Source: a virus (taxonomy: Duplodnaviria; Heunggongvirae; Uroviricota; Caudoviricetes). From it: a DNA stretch of 31,777 bases. The position numbers were made by a program, and so were the translations under genes. The DNA is taken from positions 1-31,777 of the IMG/VR virus record IMGVR_UViG_3300009174_000004. One strand, 5' to 3'. The notes under the pieces were generated by a model that had not been told where the DNA came from, ran no database searches, and saw only the letters and a program-made list of their open reading frames with translations. Below, one piece after another: positions 17,095 through 25,775 of this stretch (positions within the stretch are counted from its first letter, which is position 1; every line of letters begins with the position of its first letter).

Positions 17095-17486
17095 AGGCCC
17101 AGGATCCGAGAATCCTGGGCCTCCTCATCCCTCTGCTGCGGCGTGGTTTGGTATGGCATGGCAGGAACAGCAGGGGGAAGCTTGTGTCCCTCCGTCGCCC
17201 ACCGGAGGAGGGACCATCCGGCCGGTCACGGGACTAGGGGGATGGGAAACCTCACCTAGCCCATGTGGGCTTCCGGTACCAGGTGTGACCCTGGTGCCGG
17301 AGACACCGGCGCACACGTCAGTTAGTGCCATACCTACGGTGCTGCAGCGGGTGTCTTGCTCCATTCTACTGCCCGAAGGTCGTCGCAGGCATGCCCAGCC
17401 ACGATGCCGAACCACCGAGTCACGGTGCCAGGTGTCCCACCTGGAGGCAGAGCTTCTGAAATTTTCAAGTGACCGTGTTGGTGCTC
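17095..17486 (-). ncRNA. hairpin-dense structured RNA candidate (~390 nt)
   Basis: Follows a TTGACA promoter; at least eight short perfect hairpins, a long-range CGGTCAC/GTGACCG pair and a terminal 11-bp stem. Confidence 0.45.
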
Positions 17487-17491
17487 CCTCT

Positions 17492-17519
17492 ACTGTACAC
17501 CCCCATGTGGGGGTGTCAA
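17492..17519 (-). promoter_or_regulatory. promoter with perfect operator palindrome
   Basis: TTGACA-16 nt-TACAGT; CACCCCCATGTGGGGGTG at 17498-17515. Confidence 0.8.
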
Positions 17520-17594
17520 CCCCCCGATGGAGACCAAGTTGGTTGAACCTTCATAGCTGGCCAAAAGGGGCATGTGCCCCTATGATCATCTATT

Positions 17595-19034
17595 GTGGGC
17601 CTGAGTCTTCAGGATCGAGTGGCCCTGCTGCCAGCCACCGAGCGGGAGGCTTGGATCAGGGAGCAGCCCCCCTGGATCATTGAAGAGATCCAGCGGGGTG
17701 AATGGTGGTGGGTAGCTCGACCAGAGCAGGTGCCTCCCCCTGGCAACTGGCTGGTGTGCCTGGCCCTCGCCGGTCGTGGCTTCGGCAAGTCCCGAGCCGG
17801 CTCCGAATGGATCGTGAACCAGGCCCTGAGGCATCCCTTCGACCGTCACGGCGTCCCCACTGAGTGGCTGGTCATCGCAGAGACCCTCTCTGACGCCAGG
17901 ACCATCTGCATGGAAGGACCCGCAGGCATCCTGCGGGTATTGGAACGGCGCAAAATCAAGCACCGGTACAAGATGAGCCCACGCCCCATGGTGTTGTTCC
18001 CTAGCGGGTCCAGGATCTACACCGAGGGTGCCGACGACCCAGACGTTGCTCGTGGCTACAACGCTGCTGGCGCCTGGATGGACGAGATCGGCAAGTGGAA
18101 GTACCCGAAGAAGTCTTGGTACGAGGGCATCATGCCGTCCCTGCGATCCGACCTCGTCGGGGACCATCCCCGAGCCTTCGTCACCACGACGCCCAAACCC
18201 ATCGACATCATCCAGGAATGGGCCGACCGTAAAGACGGGTCGGTCCACATCATTCGTGGGTCCACATTCGACAATCGATCCAACCTCTCGGCCCTGGTTG
18301 TTGAAGAACTCCAGCGCCGGTACGAGGGAACGATGATCGGGCGCCAGGAGCTTTACGGCGAGATCATCGAAGGCTTTGAGGGTGCCTTGTTCTCCCGCCT
18401 GGATATCGAGAACAACCGGGTCGACACCGTGCCCGACAACATCGTGGCCACCGTAGTGGGAGTTGACCCTTCCCTCACCGGCGAGGACGACGAGATGGGC
18501 ATCGCTGTCGTATCCAGGTCGCGCGACAACCACCTCTACGTCCTGGCGGACCGCTCCATCATGGCCGTTGGTCGTGAGGCTGCCCTGGAGGCGTGGCGGG
18601 TCGTGCATCAGTGGGGCGCCGACCGGATGGTGTGCGAGGTCAACCTGGGCAAGCGCTGGATGCAGCAGGTCTTCGAGGATGCCTACTACGAGCTTGTCAA
18701 GCAGGGACTGTTCGAGTACGGCACCAAGCCTCCGCTGGTTGGTATCGACACCAAGGTAGGTAAGCGCACCCGTGGTGAACCGGTGGCTATGCGCTGCGAG
18801 CAGGGTCGGTTCCACTGCGTGGGTCGATTCAAGGAGCTTGAGGACCAGATGTCGACCTTCGTCAGTTGGGGGATGCGTGATTCGCCTGACCGTCTGGACG
18901 CCCTTGTCCACGCCTGTCGCTTCTTGATGGACGGGGAGAAGAAGCAGATGAAGATCGTTAGTCCTCGGGATGCGCTGTCGAGCACGCTGCAGTCGCTCTG
19001 GGTAGATTCCGGCAGCTACAGAACCGACTTTTAG
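17595..19034 (+). CDS. terL: terminase large subunit
   Basis: Walker A AGRGFGKSR, Walker B AWMDE, coupling motif VTTTP, nuclease VGVDPS and SPDRLDALV. Confidence 0.95.
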   Translation: MGLSLQDRVALLPATEREAWIREQPPWIIEEIQRGEWWWVARPEQVPPPGNWLVCLALAGRGFGKSRAGSEWIVNQALRHPFDRHGVPTEWLVIAETLSDARTICMEGPAGILRVLERRKIKHRYKMSPRPMVLFPSGSRIYTEGADDPDVARGYNAAGAWMDEIGKWKYPKKSWYEGIMPSLRSDLVGDHPRAFVTTTPKPIDIIQEWADRKDGSVHIIRGSTFDNRSNLSALVVEELQRRYEGTMIGRQELYGEIIEGFEGALFSRLDIENNRVDTVPDNIVATVVGVDPSLTGEDDEMGIAVVSRSRDNHLYVLADRSIMAVGREAALEAWRVVHQWGADRMVCEVNLGKRWMQQVFEDAYYELVKQGLFEYGTKPPLVGIDTKVGKRTRGEPVAMRCEQGRFHCVGRFKELEDQMSTFVSWGMRDSPDRLDALVHACRFLMDGEKKQMKIVSPRDALSSTLQSLWVDSGSYRTDF

Positions 19035-19122
19035 TGCACCGTTTGTTCACCGATCACCTTTGGGTATGGGAACATAGCAACGCCCAATAAAAAGCCTCTT
19101 TCTCTCGAAGGGAGGCCTGGCT

Positions 19123-19602
19123 TTGAGCGTCACGGTCACCGTGACTATGGACGGCTGTTGCTGTCCTAAACCCCCATGTCCCCCGTCATTGGTCTGGCAT
19201 ATTGGCCCGACTCTTGATTCCACTGAGGAAGACCGGGTGGCAGGTCCGCCCCCGGAATCGAAGCCCCCGAGAAAGGCGGATGTCATCATGGACCTCCAGG
19301 CTGACAAGAAGGTCGGTCTATCGGTCGAGTTCACCGACGAGGTGGGGAACGTTGTACCTACCCCCACCGGCGAGACGGTGGCCTACACGGTGGACGACCC
19401 CAGCATCATCAACCTCACCGACAACGGTGACGGCACGGCCTCTGCGGCTGCCACTGGCGTCCTCGGCACGGCCAACGTGCACGTGGACGCTACGGGTCCG
19501 CTCGCTGCCTCTGGCGACTTGCAGATTGTGGTCGTGGCAGGACTGGCCGAGCGCCTGAGCGTCGTGGCCGGCGAGCCGGAGGAAGTCACCCCGGACGTCT
19601 GA
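19123..19602 (+). CDS. Ig-like domain protein (possible virion decoration protein)
   Basis: Beta-rich VAYTVDDPSII...GTASAAATGVLGTANVHV segment; SDs before both TTG 19123 and ATG 19288. Confidence 0.6.
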   Translation: MSVTVTVTMDGCCCPKPPCPPSLVWHIGPTLDSTEEDRVAGPPPESKPPRKADVIMDLQADKKVGLSVEFTDEVGNVVPTPTGETVAYTVDDPSIINLTDNGDGTASAAATGVLGTANVHVDATGPLAASGDLQIVVVAGLAERLSVVAGEPEEVTPDV

Positions 19603-19617
19603 TCTTCCACCCGGAGG

Positions 19618-19657
19618 AGAAGGGACCCCGGCCTTACCGGCTGGGGTCCCTTCTTTG
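19618..19657 (+). terminator. intrinsic terminator between convergent genes
   Basis: AGAAGGGACCCCGGCC/GGCTGGGGTCCCTTCT stem followed by TTGTT. Confidence 0.8.
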
Positions 19658-20059
19658 TTACCCGCGCTCCAGGCGCCAGAGTGGGTCGTCGGTCAGGTTG
19701 GGTCGACCAGGGACGAGGGGGAGGTCCGGGTCTATCACCCTTGCTACGGCGGCAGCATACGTCCCATCCCCTTGCGCCAGGAGGAAGTCCGTGACGATCT
19801 CAGCCAGGACCAGGGCGACGCCGACGGTGTCGTAGAACTCCAGGTCCTTGAAGACCAAGGCCATCCTGATGGCCGCGTCTTCTTGAAGCTCGGTCTGGTC
19901 CTTCTCTCCATGCAGGCCCGCGAGTAGGTAGTACGTCAGCACCTCGCGCGCCCGGTCGGCACAGGAAGCCTTCAACTGGTCCAGCTTCCCCACGTCCGAG
20001 GGGCTGATGTTGCGCATCTGGTCCCGGATGCCCTTGACGATCTCCTCGGGCTCAGTCAT
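19658..20059 (-). CDS. hypothetical protein
   Basis: MTEPEEIV..., 133 aa; TACCCT 7 nt before the ATG. Confidence 0.7.
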   Translation of the reverse strand: MTEPEEIVKGIRDQMRNISPSDVGKLDQLKASCADRAREVLTYYLLAGLHGEKDQTELQEDAAIRMALVFKDLEFYDTVGVALVLAEIVTDFLLAQGDGTYAAAVARVIDPDLPLVPGRPNLTDDPLWRLERG

Positions 20060-20100
20060 GCGCTCCAGGGTAGCAGCACCCTGATGTAGGGGTAAGACTT

Positions 20101-20361
20101 CTAGGCCGGGGTGGAACGTCTGGGTGTGACCACGACGCGCATGACGTAGGACACTGCCGCCTGGAGCACCGACTTGGCCAGGGTCAGGCCAAGTGCCTTC
20201 CAGTACAACGGAGTCCACTCGATGGCGCCAAAGGCAGTGGCTAGGACGAGGGTGACGGCGACGACAATGTCAAGCGCGAAGCCCTGGATAAAAGACCTGA
20301 GCGATCGTTCAGTCGCATCCGCCCTAACTGCAACGGTTTCTTCGCTTGCGTGATCTGCCAT
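20101..20361 (-). CDS. holin-like membrane protein
   Basis: 86 aa, two hydrophobic helices, ERSLRSFIQG motif, basic tail; TATTCT 6 nt before the ATG. Confidence 0.65.
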   Translation of the reverse strand: MADHASEETVAVRADATERSLRSFIQGFALDIVVAVTLVLATAFGAIEWTPLYWKALGLTLAKSVLQAAVSYVMRVVVTPRRSTPA

Positions 20362-20418
20362 GATCGCAGAATAAGGCGAAATACCTTCAGAAGTAAAGAT
20401 CAGCCTTACGATGAGGGC

Positions 20419-20832
20419 ATGACCGCACATCGGCACTGGATCAGGGCTGTCGGCTATGCCCTTCTGGGGTGTGGGGGTATTGCGGCCCTGCTCTTCCCTT
20501 CCTTCAGTGCTAGTGGGCCCATGTCCCTTACGGGTGGCCCGGTGATATTCCTCTGGGCCGTTCTACTTGCCGTAGGCGGACTGAGTTCTGCTGTGGGCTC
20601 AGCAGCAGACGTATGGTTGGGCGAGTACGCAGGCCTCTGGCCCATCATCATGACATTCATGATCTTCGGTTTCGCTAATGCCTTCTCGGGCAACCTCGTT
20701 GAGCTTGCCCTGTCCCTCACCCTTCTGGGATGGTCCTTTTTGCTCCTCGCCCGGTGGCGGGAAGTGGCCCTAGTCCGTTCCGAGGCCATGAAGTTTCATC
20801 GGTACCAGCACCGGGCAGGGGGCCAAACGTAA
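20419..20832 (+). CDS. multi-pass membrane protein
   Basis: 137 aa, about four TM segments; TACGAT 6 nt before the ATG. Confidence 0.75.
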   Translation: MTAHRHWIRAVGYALLGCGGIAALLFPSFSASGPMSLTGGPVIFLWAVLLAVGGLSSAVGSAADVWLGEYAGLWPIIMTFMIFGFANAFSGNLVELALSLTLLGWSFLLLARWREVALVRSEAMKFHRYQHRAGGQT

Positions 20833-21150
20833 ATGCCCACATGGGTTCCCATCATCTTGACGATCCTGCTCTCTACGGGCGGGATCGCCTTCTTCTCTAT
20901 GCTTGGCCGTGGAATCCTGGCCGTCCGCAGTGGTGCATCAGCCCGGGAAAAGGAAACCATCAACAACATCAAGCAGATGCACTCGGAGCAGGTGGCAGAA
21001 CTTCGCAAGGAGTCCGCTGACCGTCGGTACTGGCAGGACATCGCGGCCCGCTACCACTGGCAGTTGGTGTCGAGTGGGTACGAACCGGATCCCCGCGAGC
21101 CCATGCCTCCGAGTCAGCGCCCACGACGTCCTGGCCAGCACAAGGGCTGA
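20833..21150 (+). CDS. membrane-anchored coiled-coil protein (lysis-cassette type)
   Basis: N-terminal TM, helical middle, Pro/Arg tail; abuts the upstream stop. Confidence 0.7.
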   Translation: MPTWVPIILTILLSTGGIAFFSMLGRGILAVRSGASAREKETINNIKQMHSEQVAELRKESADRRYWQDIAARYHWQLVSSGYEPDPREPMPPSQRPRRPGQHKG

Positions 21151-21151
21151 C

Positions 21152-21190
21152 AAAAAGGAGACCCGGGCCGCATCTCCGACGACCCGGGTC
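21152..21190 (-). terminator. intrinsic terminator
   Basis: GACCCGGG/CCCGGGTC stem followed by a T run on the minus strand. Confidence 0.75.
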
Positions 21191-21281
21191 AACTGCTCTT
21201 ATATGGGTTAAGAAGCCGTTCTAAGGCTTTTGACTCCCACTGAGTCAGGCGCCGCCATCCTCGATCACTACCGCCACTTGA

Positions 21282-21388
21282 GAGCACGTCTTAGGCCTTC
21301 GTACAGACGCTCTGCCGTTGAGCTACAGGACCATGTTTGGAGGTCCCGGGGAGATTCGAACTCCCAACCACTGTATGTGATCGTGCCC
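21282..21388 (-). ncRNA. circularly permuted tRNA-like RNA (Y RNA/YrlA-like topology)
   Basis: 5'-GGGCACG..TACAG-T arm GGGAG/TTCGAAT/CTCCC-CGGGACC-loop-GGTCCTG-TA-D arm GCTC/AACGGCA/GAGC-CTGTA..CGTGCTC-3'. Confidence 0.8.
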
Positions 21389-21635
21389 GATCGATGTAGT
21401 GAAATGCGGCAATACTTAGCTTGTGGCAAGAACTTCGGGGGGGTGGACCTTTGGTTATGTGGGGCTCGGTCCAGTTGGGCCCTCAGAAGGACGGTCTAAG
21501 CGGTAGCGCCGCTTGAAGGACGGCTGTAGAGCGCTTCGACCTGAGCTTGAGCTTGTGCCATTCACCCGCCCACAGTGGAGCGGGAGTCTTGGAGGCTGGG
21601 CCACAGACCCCTCCGGGGCCCAGCCTCAGGAAACT

Positions 21636-22376
21636 TTACCAGCCGAGGTAGCTGAAGATCGCCTCGCTGACGCGCACGTCCCGGACCTCGGTGACGTTGG
21701 CCAACTCACGAGCCTCCTTGACGCCCTGGATCAGGCGCCGGACCTTGTCCAGGAGTTCCGCCTTGCGGGTCTCCGTGAAGGCACCGGAAAGCTTGGTCGT
21801 GGTCCACGTACCGACCGGGATGTCCTCGGTGAACACCTCGACCTGGGCCGGGTGCTTGTCGGTGGCTGGGGCCTTGGTGAACGAGCGTGGGACCTTCTTG
21901 GTGCGCACGGTCTGGACTGCCTCCGACCGGTACACGCCCTGGTTCTCGTCCAGGACCCAGACGTCAGCCGGGTCCACGACGGGCAGGCTGCGCAGCAGCG
22001 AGTTCTGCAGGTCGCCCAGCTTCTTCTCCAGGTACAGCAGCGTCGGAACCGGAAGCTGGCTGAGGATCAACTCGCCGTCCACGATCACGTCGGCTCGCGC
22101 CTGGGTGTTGCCCTCGTCCTTGGTGGCCGTGATGTCCAGCAGGCGTCCCAGGTTCAGGCGCACGCTGTCCAGCAGGTCCTGGCCCTTGAACTGGACTCGG
22201 GTCGACTCCGGCGGCAACGTGTCGCCGTCCTCGTCCTTCGGCTGGTAAACGCGGGTGACCCCGTTCCAGGGGCCAAGCTTCTGGGCCGCGTGGTAGGCGG
22301 CAGTCAGTGAGGCTTCACCGGTGGCCTTCGCACCCTTCTCGATTGCGACGACCTGGTTCAGCTTGAGGTTTGCCAT
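21636..22376 (-). CDS. conserved actinobacterial hypothetical protein (DUF7873-like, family name from memory)
   Basis: KLNQVVAIEKG, YQPKDEDGDTLPPES, LLYLEKKL, TKKVPR, HPAQVEV motifs; GAGAGG SD. Confidence 0.8.
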   Translation of the reverse strand: MANLKLNQVVAIEKGAKATGEASLTAAYHAAQKLGPWNGVTRVYQPKDEDGDTLPPESTRVQFKGQDLLDSVRLNLGRLLDITATKDEGNTQARADVIVDGELILSQLPVPTLLYLEKKLGDLQNSLLRSLPVVDPADVWVLDENQGVYRSEAVQTVRTKKVPRSFTKAPATDKHPAQVEVFTEDIPVGTWTTTKLSGAFTETRKAELLDKVRRLIQGVKEARELANVTEVRDVRVSEAIFSYLGW

Positions 22377-22418
22377 GTCCTTGCCTCTCTCCATAGGGGG
22401 ACGTGTGTCCGGGGACCC

Positions 22419-22449
22419 ACTCTACACCCCCATGTGGGGGTGTCGTCAA
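22419..22449 (-). promoter_or_regulatory. promoter with perfect operator palindrome
   Basis: TTGACG-19 nt-TAGAGT; CACCCCCATGTGGGGGTG at 22425-22442. Confidence 0.7.
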
Positions 22450-22450
22450 C

Positions 22451-22702
22451 TCAGTTATCCATCTGGCTGACGATGAAGTCTTCGATCCTCTTGAAGGAAC
22501 CCATGATCAGGGCAGGCCCCGACCAGGCGAGGAGGTTGTTACCCGCCTTCAATGCAGGCCCAAGGTCCTCGGCCAGTTGCCTGACATGGATCGCCAGGTC
22601 TGCGATGTACCGGATCACATCATCGGGCAGGTCCATCGGGTAGCTGGGCACGGTGGAGAAGATCTCCTTCCATGCTTCAGTTGGGAACGGTCCCTCGTTC
22701 AT
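22451..22702 (-). CDS. hypothetical protein
   Basis: MNEGPFP..., AAGGAG SD, TGATG overlap. Confidence 0.65.
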   Translation of the reverse strand: MNEGPFPTEAWKEIFSTVPSYPMDLPDDVIRYIADLAIHVRQLAEDLGPALKAGNNLLAWSGPALIMGSFKRIEDFIVSQMDN

Positions 22703-23121
22703 CAGTTCTCCTTGTCGGGTCCGGCCGTACCGTCGAGGGCGTCGACAGCGGCGATCACGTCTGCGACGAGCGCCGAGTACAGGTGCTTCGCGCCAACCAG
22801 AGAGCCGACCATCGCCCGCGCCGCCTCGACCACCCGCTCGGCTTGCATTAGCTGAGTGCGAAGGGCCTCGGCCCGGCTGCTTTCGGCGTTGCGCCACCTC
22901 ACCTCATCGTTGAACATGATGGTCAGGTTGTCGCGGTCGCGCTGCAGTCGGTCTCGTTCGGCGACGAGCGTGTCGTACTCCTGCTCGGCAAGCAGCCTCT
23001 CCACGACGTGACGAAGCGCGATGACCTGTATGGGCTCCACCATGCTAGCCATGTGGTCGAGTACGTACTGGGCAGCTTCGGCTGGTGATCGTCTGTTGAG
23101 CGCGTCCATGATTACGCCCAC
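22702..23121 (-). CDS. coiled-coil hypothetical protein
   Basis: 139 aa; GAGGAG SD. Confidence 0.65.
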   Translation of the reverse strand: MGVIMDALNRRSPAEAAQYVLDHMASMVEPIQVIALRHVVERLLAEQEYDTLVAERDRLQRDRDNLTIMFNDEVRWRNAESSRAEALRTQLMQAERVVEAARAMVGSLVGAKHLYSALVADVIAAVDALDGTAGPDKEN

Positions 23122-23510
23122 GGCTTCGTCTCCTCGGTGTCAACAGAACGCCATGCACCCTCGTAAACGGTGCGGCGGCTGAGGTGTGGTCCATCGGCCC
23201 AATCACCACGCGCCAGAATCGGGGCGATGAAATGACGGGCCGCCTGCTCGGCGTCCTCGGGAACACCGGGACGTGGCCAGGTGAACGAGTAGGGCGGGAA
23301 GCCTCCACCCGGTTCACCGGTGACTCGCCACTGCTCGCGTGTTACGCCAGGTTGGGCCACGTACTCCTCGCGGTAGCGGGCCATGACCCTGACGACGTCG
23401 GGGTGCTGCGCCAGGTCGGCGCCAATGACAGGCTCCCAGCCCACCACAAAGCGCGCGAGCACGTTAGCAAGGTCCTCGACCAACGGCTTCTGGGTCTGCT
23501 CAACGCCCAT
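23112..23510 (-). CDS. hypothetical protein
   Basis: 132 aa; AAGGAG SD; overlapping neighbours. Confidence 0.6.
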   Translation of the reverse strand: MGVEQTQKPLVEDLANVLARFVVGWEPVIGADLAQHPDVVRVMARYREEYVAQPGVTREQWRVTGEPGGGFPPYSFTWPRPGVPEDAEQAARHFIAPILARGDWADGPHLSRRTVYEGAWRSVDTEETKPWA

Positions 23511-23745
23511 AGCGACGGAACTCCTTAACCGTCTTGGAGTTGCGGTCCGTCTCCGTCAGCGGCATCACCCTAGCAACATGACGCAGCCAGGACGCAGCAC
23601 CGGTACGCGACGGGTGGAAGGACTCCACAACGTTGGCCTTCTCAATGAGCATCTTGACGCTCTCGCGCTCGACCAGGGTCAGCCCTGTCCAGGCGAAGAG
23701 TCGATTCAAGGTCCTTAGGATCGGGCGATCTCCTATCACGCCCAT
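23500..23745 (-). CDS. hypothetical protein
   Basis: MGVIGDRP..., 81 aa; GGGGGAAG SD. Confidence 0.55.
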   Translation of the reverse strand: MGVIGDRPILRTLNRLFAWTGLTLVERESVKMLIEKANVVESFHPSRTGAASWLRHVARVMPLTETDRNSKTVKEFRRYGR

Positions 23746-24566
23746 GGGTATCTTCCCCCCTTGGCAATCTGATCGATCTTGAAGTCGTCGGTGTCGAACA
23801 CGTGCCACGAGTACGGCAGGATGTAGCCGGGATAGCCACCGCCGGGATCCGAGGCCAGCCCCCTCACGTGCAGGGACCGTCGCTGCCCGCCCAGGTTGCT
23901 GTAGTCCACGTTCTGGGCGTAGAGGTAGTGCAGGTGCCCGTGGTAGAAGTGGGCCGGCGTCATGGTGCGTACGGCCATCTGAAGCCGGTCCTGGTTGGGC
24001 CAGCACTCCGGTATGTCCTTGCGATTCCAGGGTGGGTTAGAACACCGAGGCTTGTCGTGGGTCAGCATGACGTCGACTGGGCTGGGATCCAGCAGGATTG
24101 CGGCCATGTCCTCGTCGGTCATCTCCTCCTCGGGGAACCAGTACCGCTCTGGCTTGCCCGAGCCCTGCGCCTCCAGGACCTTGATGCGGTGGTCCTTATC
24201 TATGCTGTAGGCGCCTCCGAGGCTGATGAAGCTGACCTCGTCCCAGACCCAGCGGTGACCCCGAGGCGAGTAGAAGATCCAGTTGCGGACCCTCAGGAAT
24301 CCCTCATGGTCAGGACTGTTGCCGTACTTCTCCAGCAGCAACGAGGTCTTGTCGTGGTTGCCGTCGAGGAAGTACACCAGGATGGCGTTCTTCCGGGCGT
24401 AGTTGGCAACCTTGTCCATGAACTGGCGCCCGTCGCTCATGTGTTCCCAGGCGCCGAAGTCGCCAAGCTGGAAGATCCGATCGCATCCCTGGTCCACGGC
24501 GACGTCGATCAGGTACCGCACATGGGTGGTGTTCCCATGCGTGTCGCCTGCCAGCAGGATCCTCAT
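23736..24566 (-). CDS. calcineurin-like metallophosphoesterase
   Basis: GDTHG, LGDFG, DGNHD, LTHD, HGHLH motifs. Confidence 0.92.
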   Translation of the reverse strand: MRILLAGDTHGNTTHVRYLIDVAVDQGCDRIFQLGDFGAWEHMSDGRQFMDKVANYARKNAILVYFLDGNHDKTSLLLEKYGNSPDHEGFLRVRNWIFYSPRGHRWVWDEVSFISLGGAYSIDKDHRIKVLEAQGSGKPERYWFPEEEMTDEDMAAILLDPSPVDVMLTHDKPRCSNPPWNRKDIPECWPNQDRLQMAVRTMTPAHFYHGHLHYLYAQNVDYSNLGGQRRSLHVRGLASDPGGGYPGYILPYSWHVFDTDDFKIDQIAKGGRYPWA

Positions 24567-24572
24567 GGTCCA

Positions 24573-24601
24573 ACCATACCCCCACGAGGGGGTGAAATCA
24601 A
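24573..24601 (-). promoter_or_regulatory. leaderless promoter with operator variant
   Basis: TTGATT-17 nt-TATGGT-6 nt-ATG; TACCCCCACGAGGGGGTG at 24577-24594. Confidence 0.75.
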
Positions 24602-25221
24602 GGTTGTACGGGGTTCATAAACTCGTCGTAGAGGGGTGGATGTTGAGGTTCAACCCCCGTCTGACGCAGAAGCTCGTCCACATTGGACGGCGGGAACTCC
24701 TGCAGCATCTCCCGCTCGAATTGAAACCAGGGGACCCCGTAGACTTCCGCTGCCGCCTCGCTAGTTCTGCCCCACAGTGCGTCTAGCTCGACGCGCTGCG
24801 CACGGAAACCCTTGGTGCCAAGCACAACGGCGCCATGAGCAGAGACTGTTCCATGCAGATAGCCGCTGTTCCAGAGCCAGCCGTGATCGATGTACGCCGT
24901 TGGCGCATAGCTCGCGTAGTAGCCACAGGTGCATTGGGACACGGGGGCTCCGGAACGTCTGACAACGGGCGGGGAGGACTGCATCATAAAATGTAGTCGG
25001 TAGTCGTCAAGGGATGCTGCGTGTAAATCCCATGCTTCCCCATCGGGACGCAGGCACATAGCATCGGGCTGCAGCCGTTCCTGCGCCCAGTCGTGCAACC
25101 ATCCCGTCGACGTCAAACACTGTGTGCCTTCATTCCAGCGCCAGCCTCGGTAGCCACGAAGAGTGCCGGGAACAAGCTCCATGTCGCCGAACTCAGCGGC
25201 GTAGGAAGAATGCTGACTCAT
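24598..25221 (-). CDS. hypothetical protein, tandem paralog 2
   Basis: LVPGTLRGYR...CTCGYYA...GTVSAHGAVVLGTKGFRA...FPPSNVDELL. Confidence 0.8.
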   Translation of the reverse strand: MSQHSSYAAEFGDMELVPGTLRGYRGWRWNEGTQCLTSTGWLHDWAQERLQPDAMCLRPDGEAWDLHAASLDDYRLHFMMQSSPPVVRRSGAPVSQCTCGYYASYAPTAYIDHGWLWNSGYLHGTVSAHGAVVLGTKGFRAQRVELDALWGRTSEAAAEVYGVPWFQFEREMLQEFPPSNVDELLRQTGVEPQHPPLYDEFMNPVQP

Positions 25222-25775
25222 GCCAGAAGCTCCCTGCTGGGGGCTCCAATTAGTTCGTCCACATTGGAGGGTGGGTAATGACTGAGAAGTGTCTCGAAGT
25301 CAGGAACTACGGGAACCCCATACACGCCCGCCATCACGGGAATGAGAGGATTTGAGCCAACCAACGCCTCGATCTCCATGTACTCGGCCCTGAAGCCGAT
25401 TGTTCCTAGTACCACGGAGCCATAAGCCTTAACCGTCCCGACGACGATGGACGATATATTCATCTGATGCCAGGACCTGAAGGCGTACAAGTTATGTAGG
25501 TCGTAGGTGGCGTAATAGCCACATGAACATTGAGCGGCCGGAGCAGGGTGAGCGGGCTTCCATATGGTGACTTCTTCGGCAAGGGTCATCACTGATTGAG
25601 CGTGGTAGTAACATGCGGCTGGACGGTGGCTGCCGGGGTCCCAGGTGTACGCCCTGGAGACGGACCTCAGCTTGCCGGAGTACTTGCCGGAGTACCTGTT
25701 CATGGTCCAGGCCCGGTACCCGCGAAGGGTACCGGGCACTAGGTCCTTGGCGTCGACATCGCCGAAGTCAGACAC
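25218..25775 (-). CDS. hypothetical protein, tandem paralog 1
   Basis: LVPGTLRGYR...HPAP..CSCGYYA...GTVKAYGSVVLGTIGFRA...YPPSNVDELI. Confidence 0.8.
   Translation of the reverse strand: MSDFGDVDAKDLVPGTLRGYRAWTMNRYSGKYSGKLRSVSRAYTWDPGSHRPAACYYHAQSVMTLAEEVTIWKPAHPAPAAQCSCGYYATYDLHNLYAFRSWHQMNISSIVVGTVKAYGSVVLGTIGFRAEYMEIEALVGSNPLIPVMAGVYGVPVVPDFETLLSHYPPSNVDELIGAPSRELLA

Noticed and set aside
22014-22040. Partial self-match of the decoded 5426 block (GAxAAxAAxCTxGG) to the EKKLG codons, and a similar 11/16 match of the 4889 block in the 2810-3304 gene
   Set aside because: Ten matching bases are expected by chance given about 20 guides and 64 kb of searchable sequence; the remaining dinucleotides mismatch.
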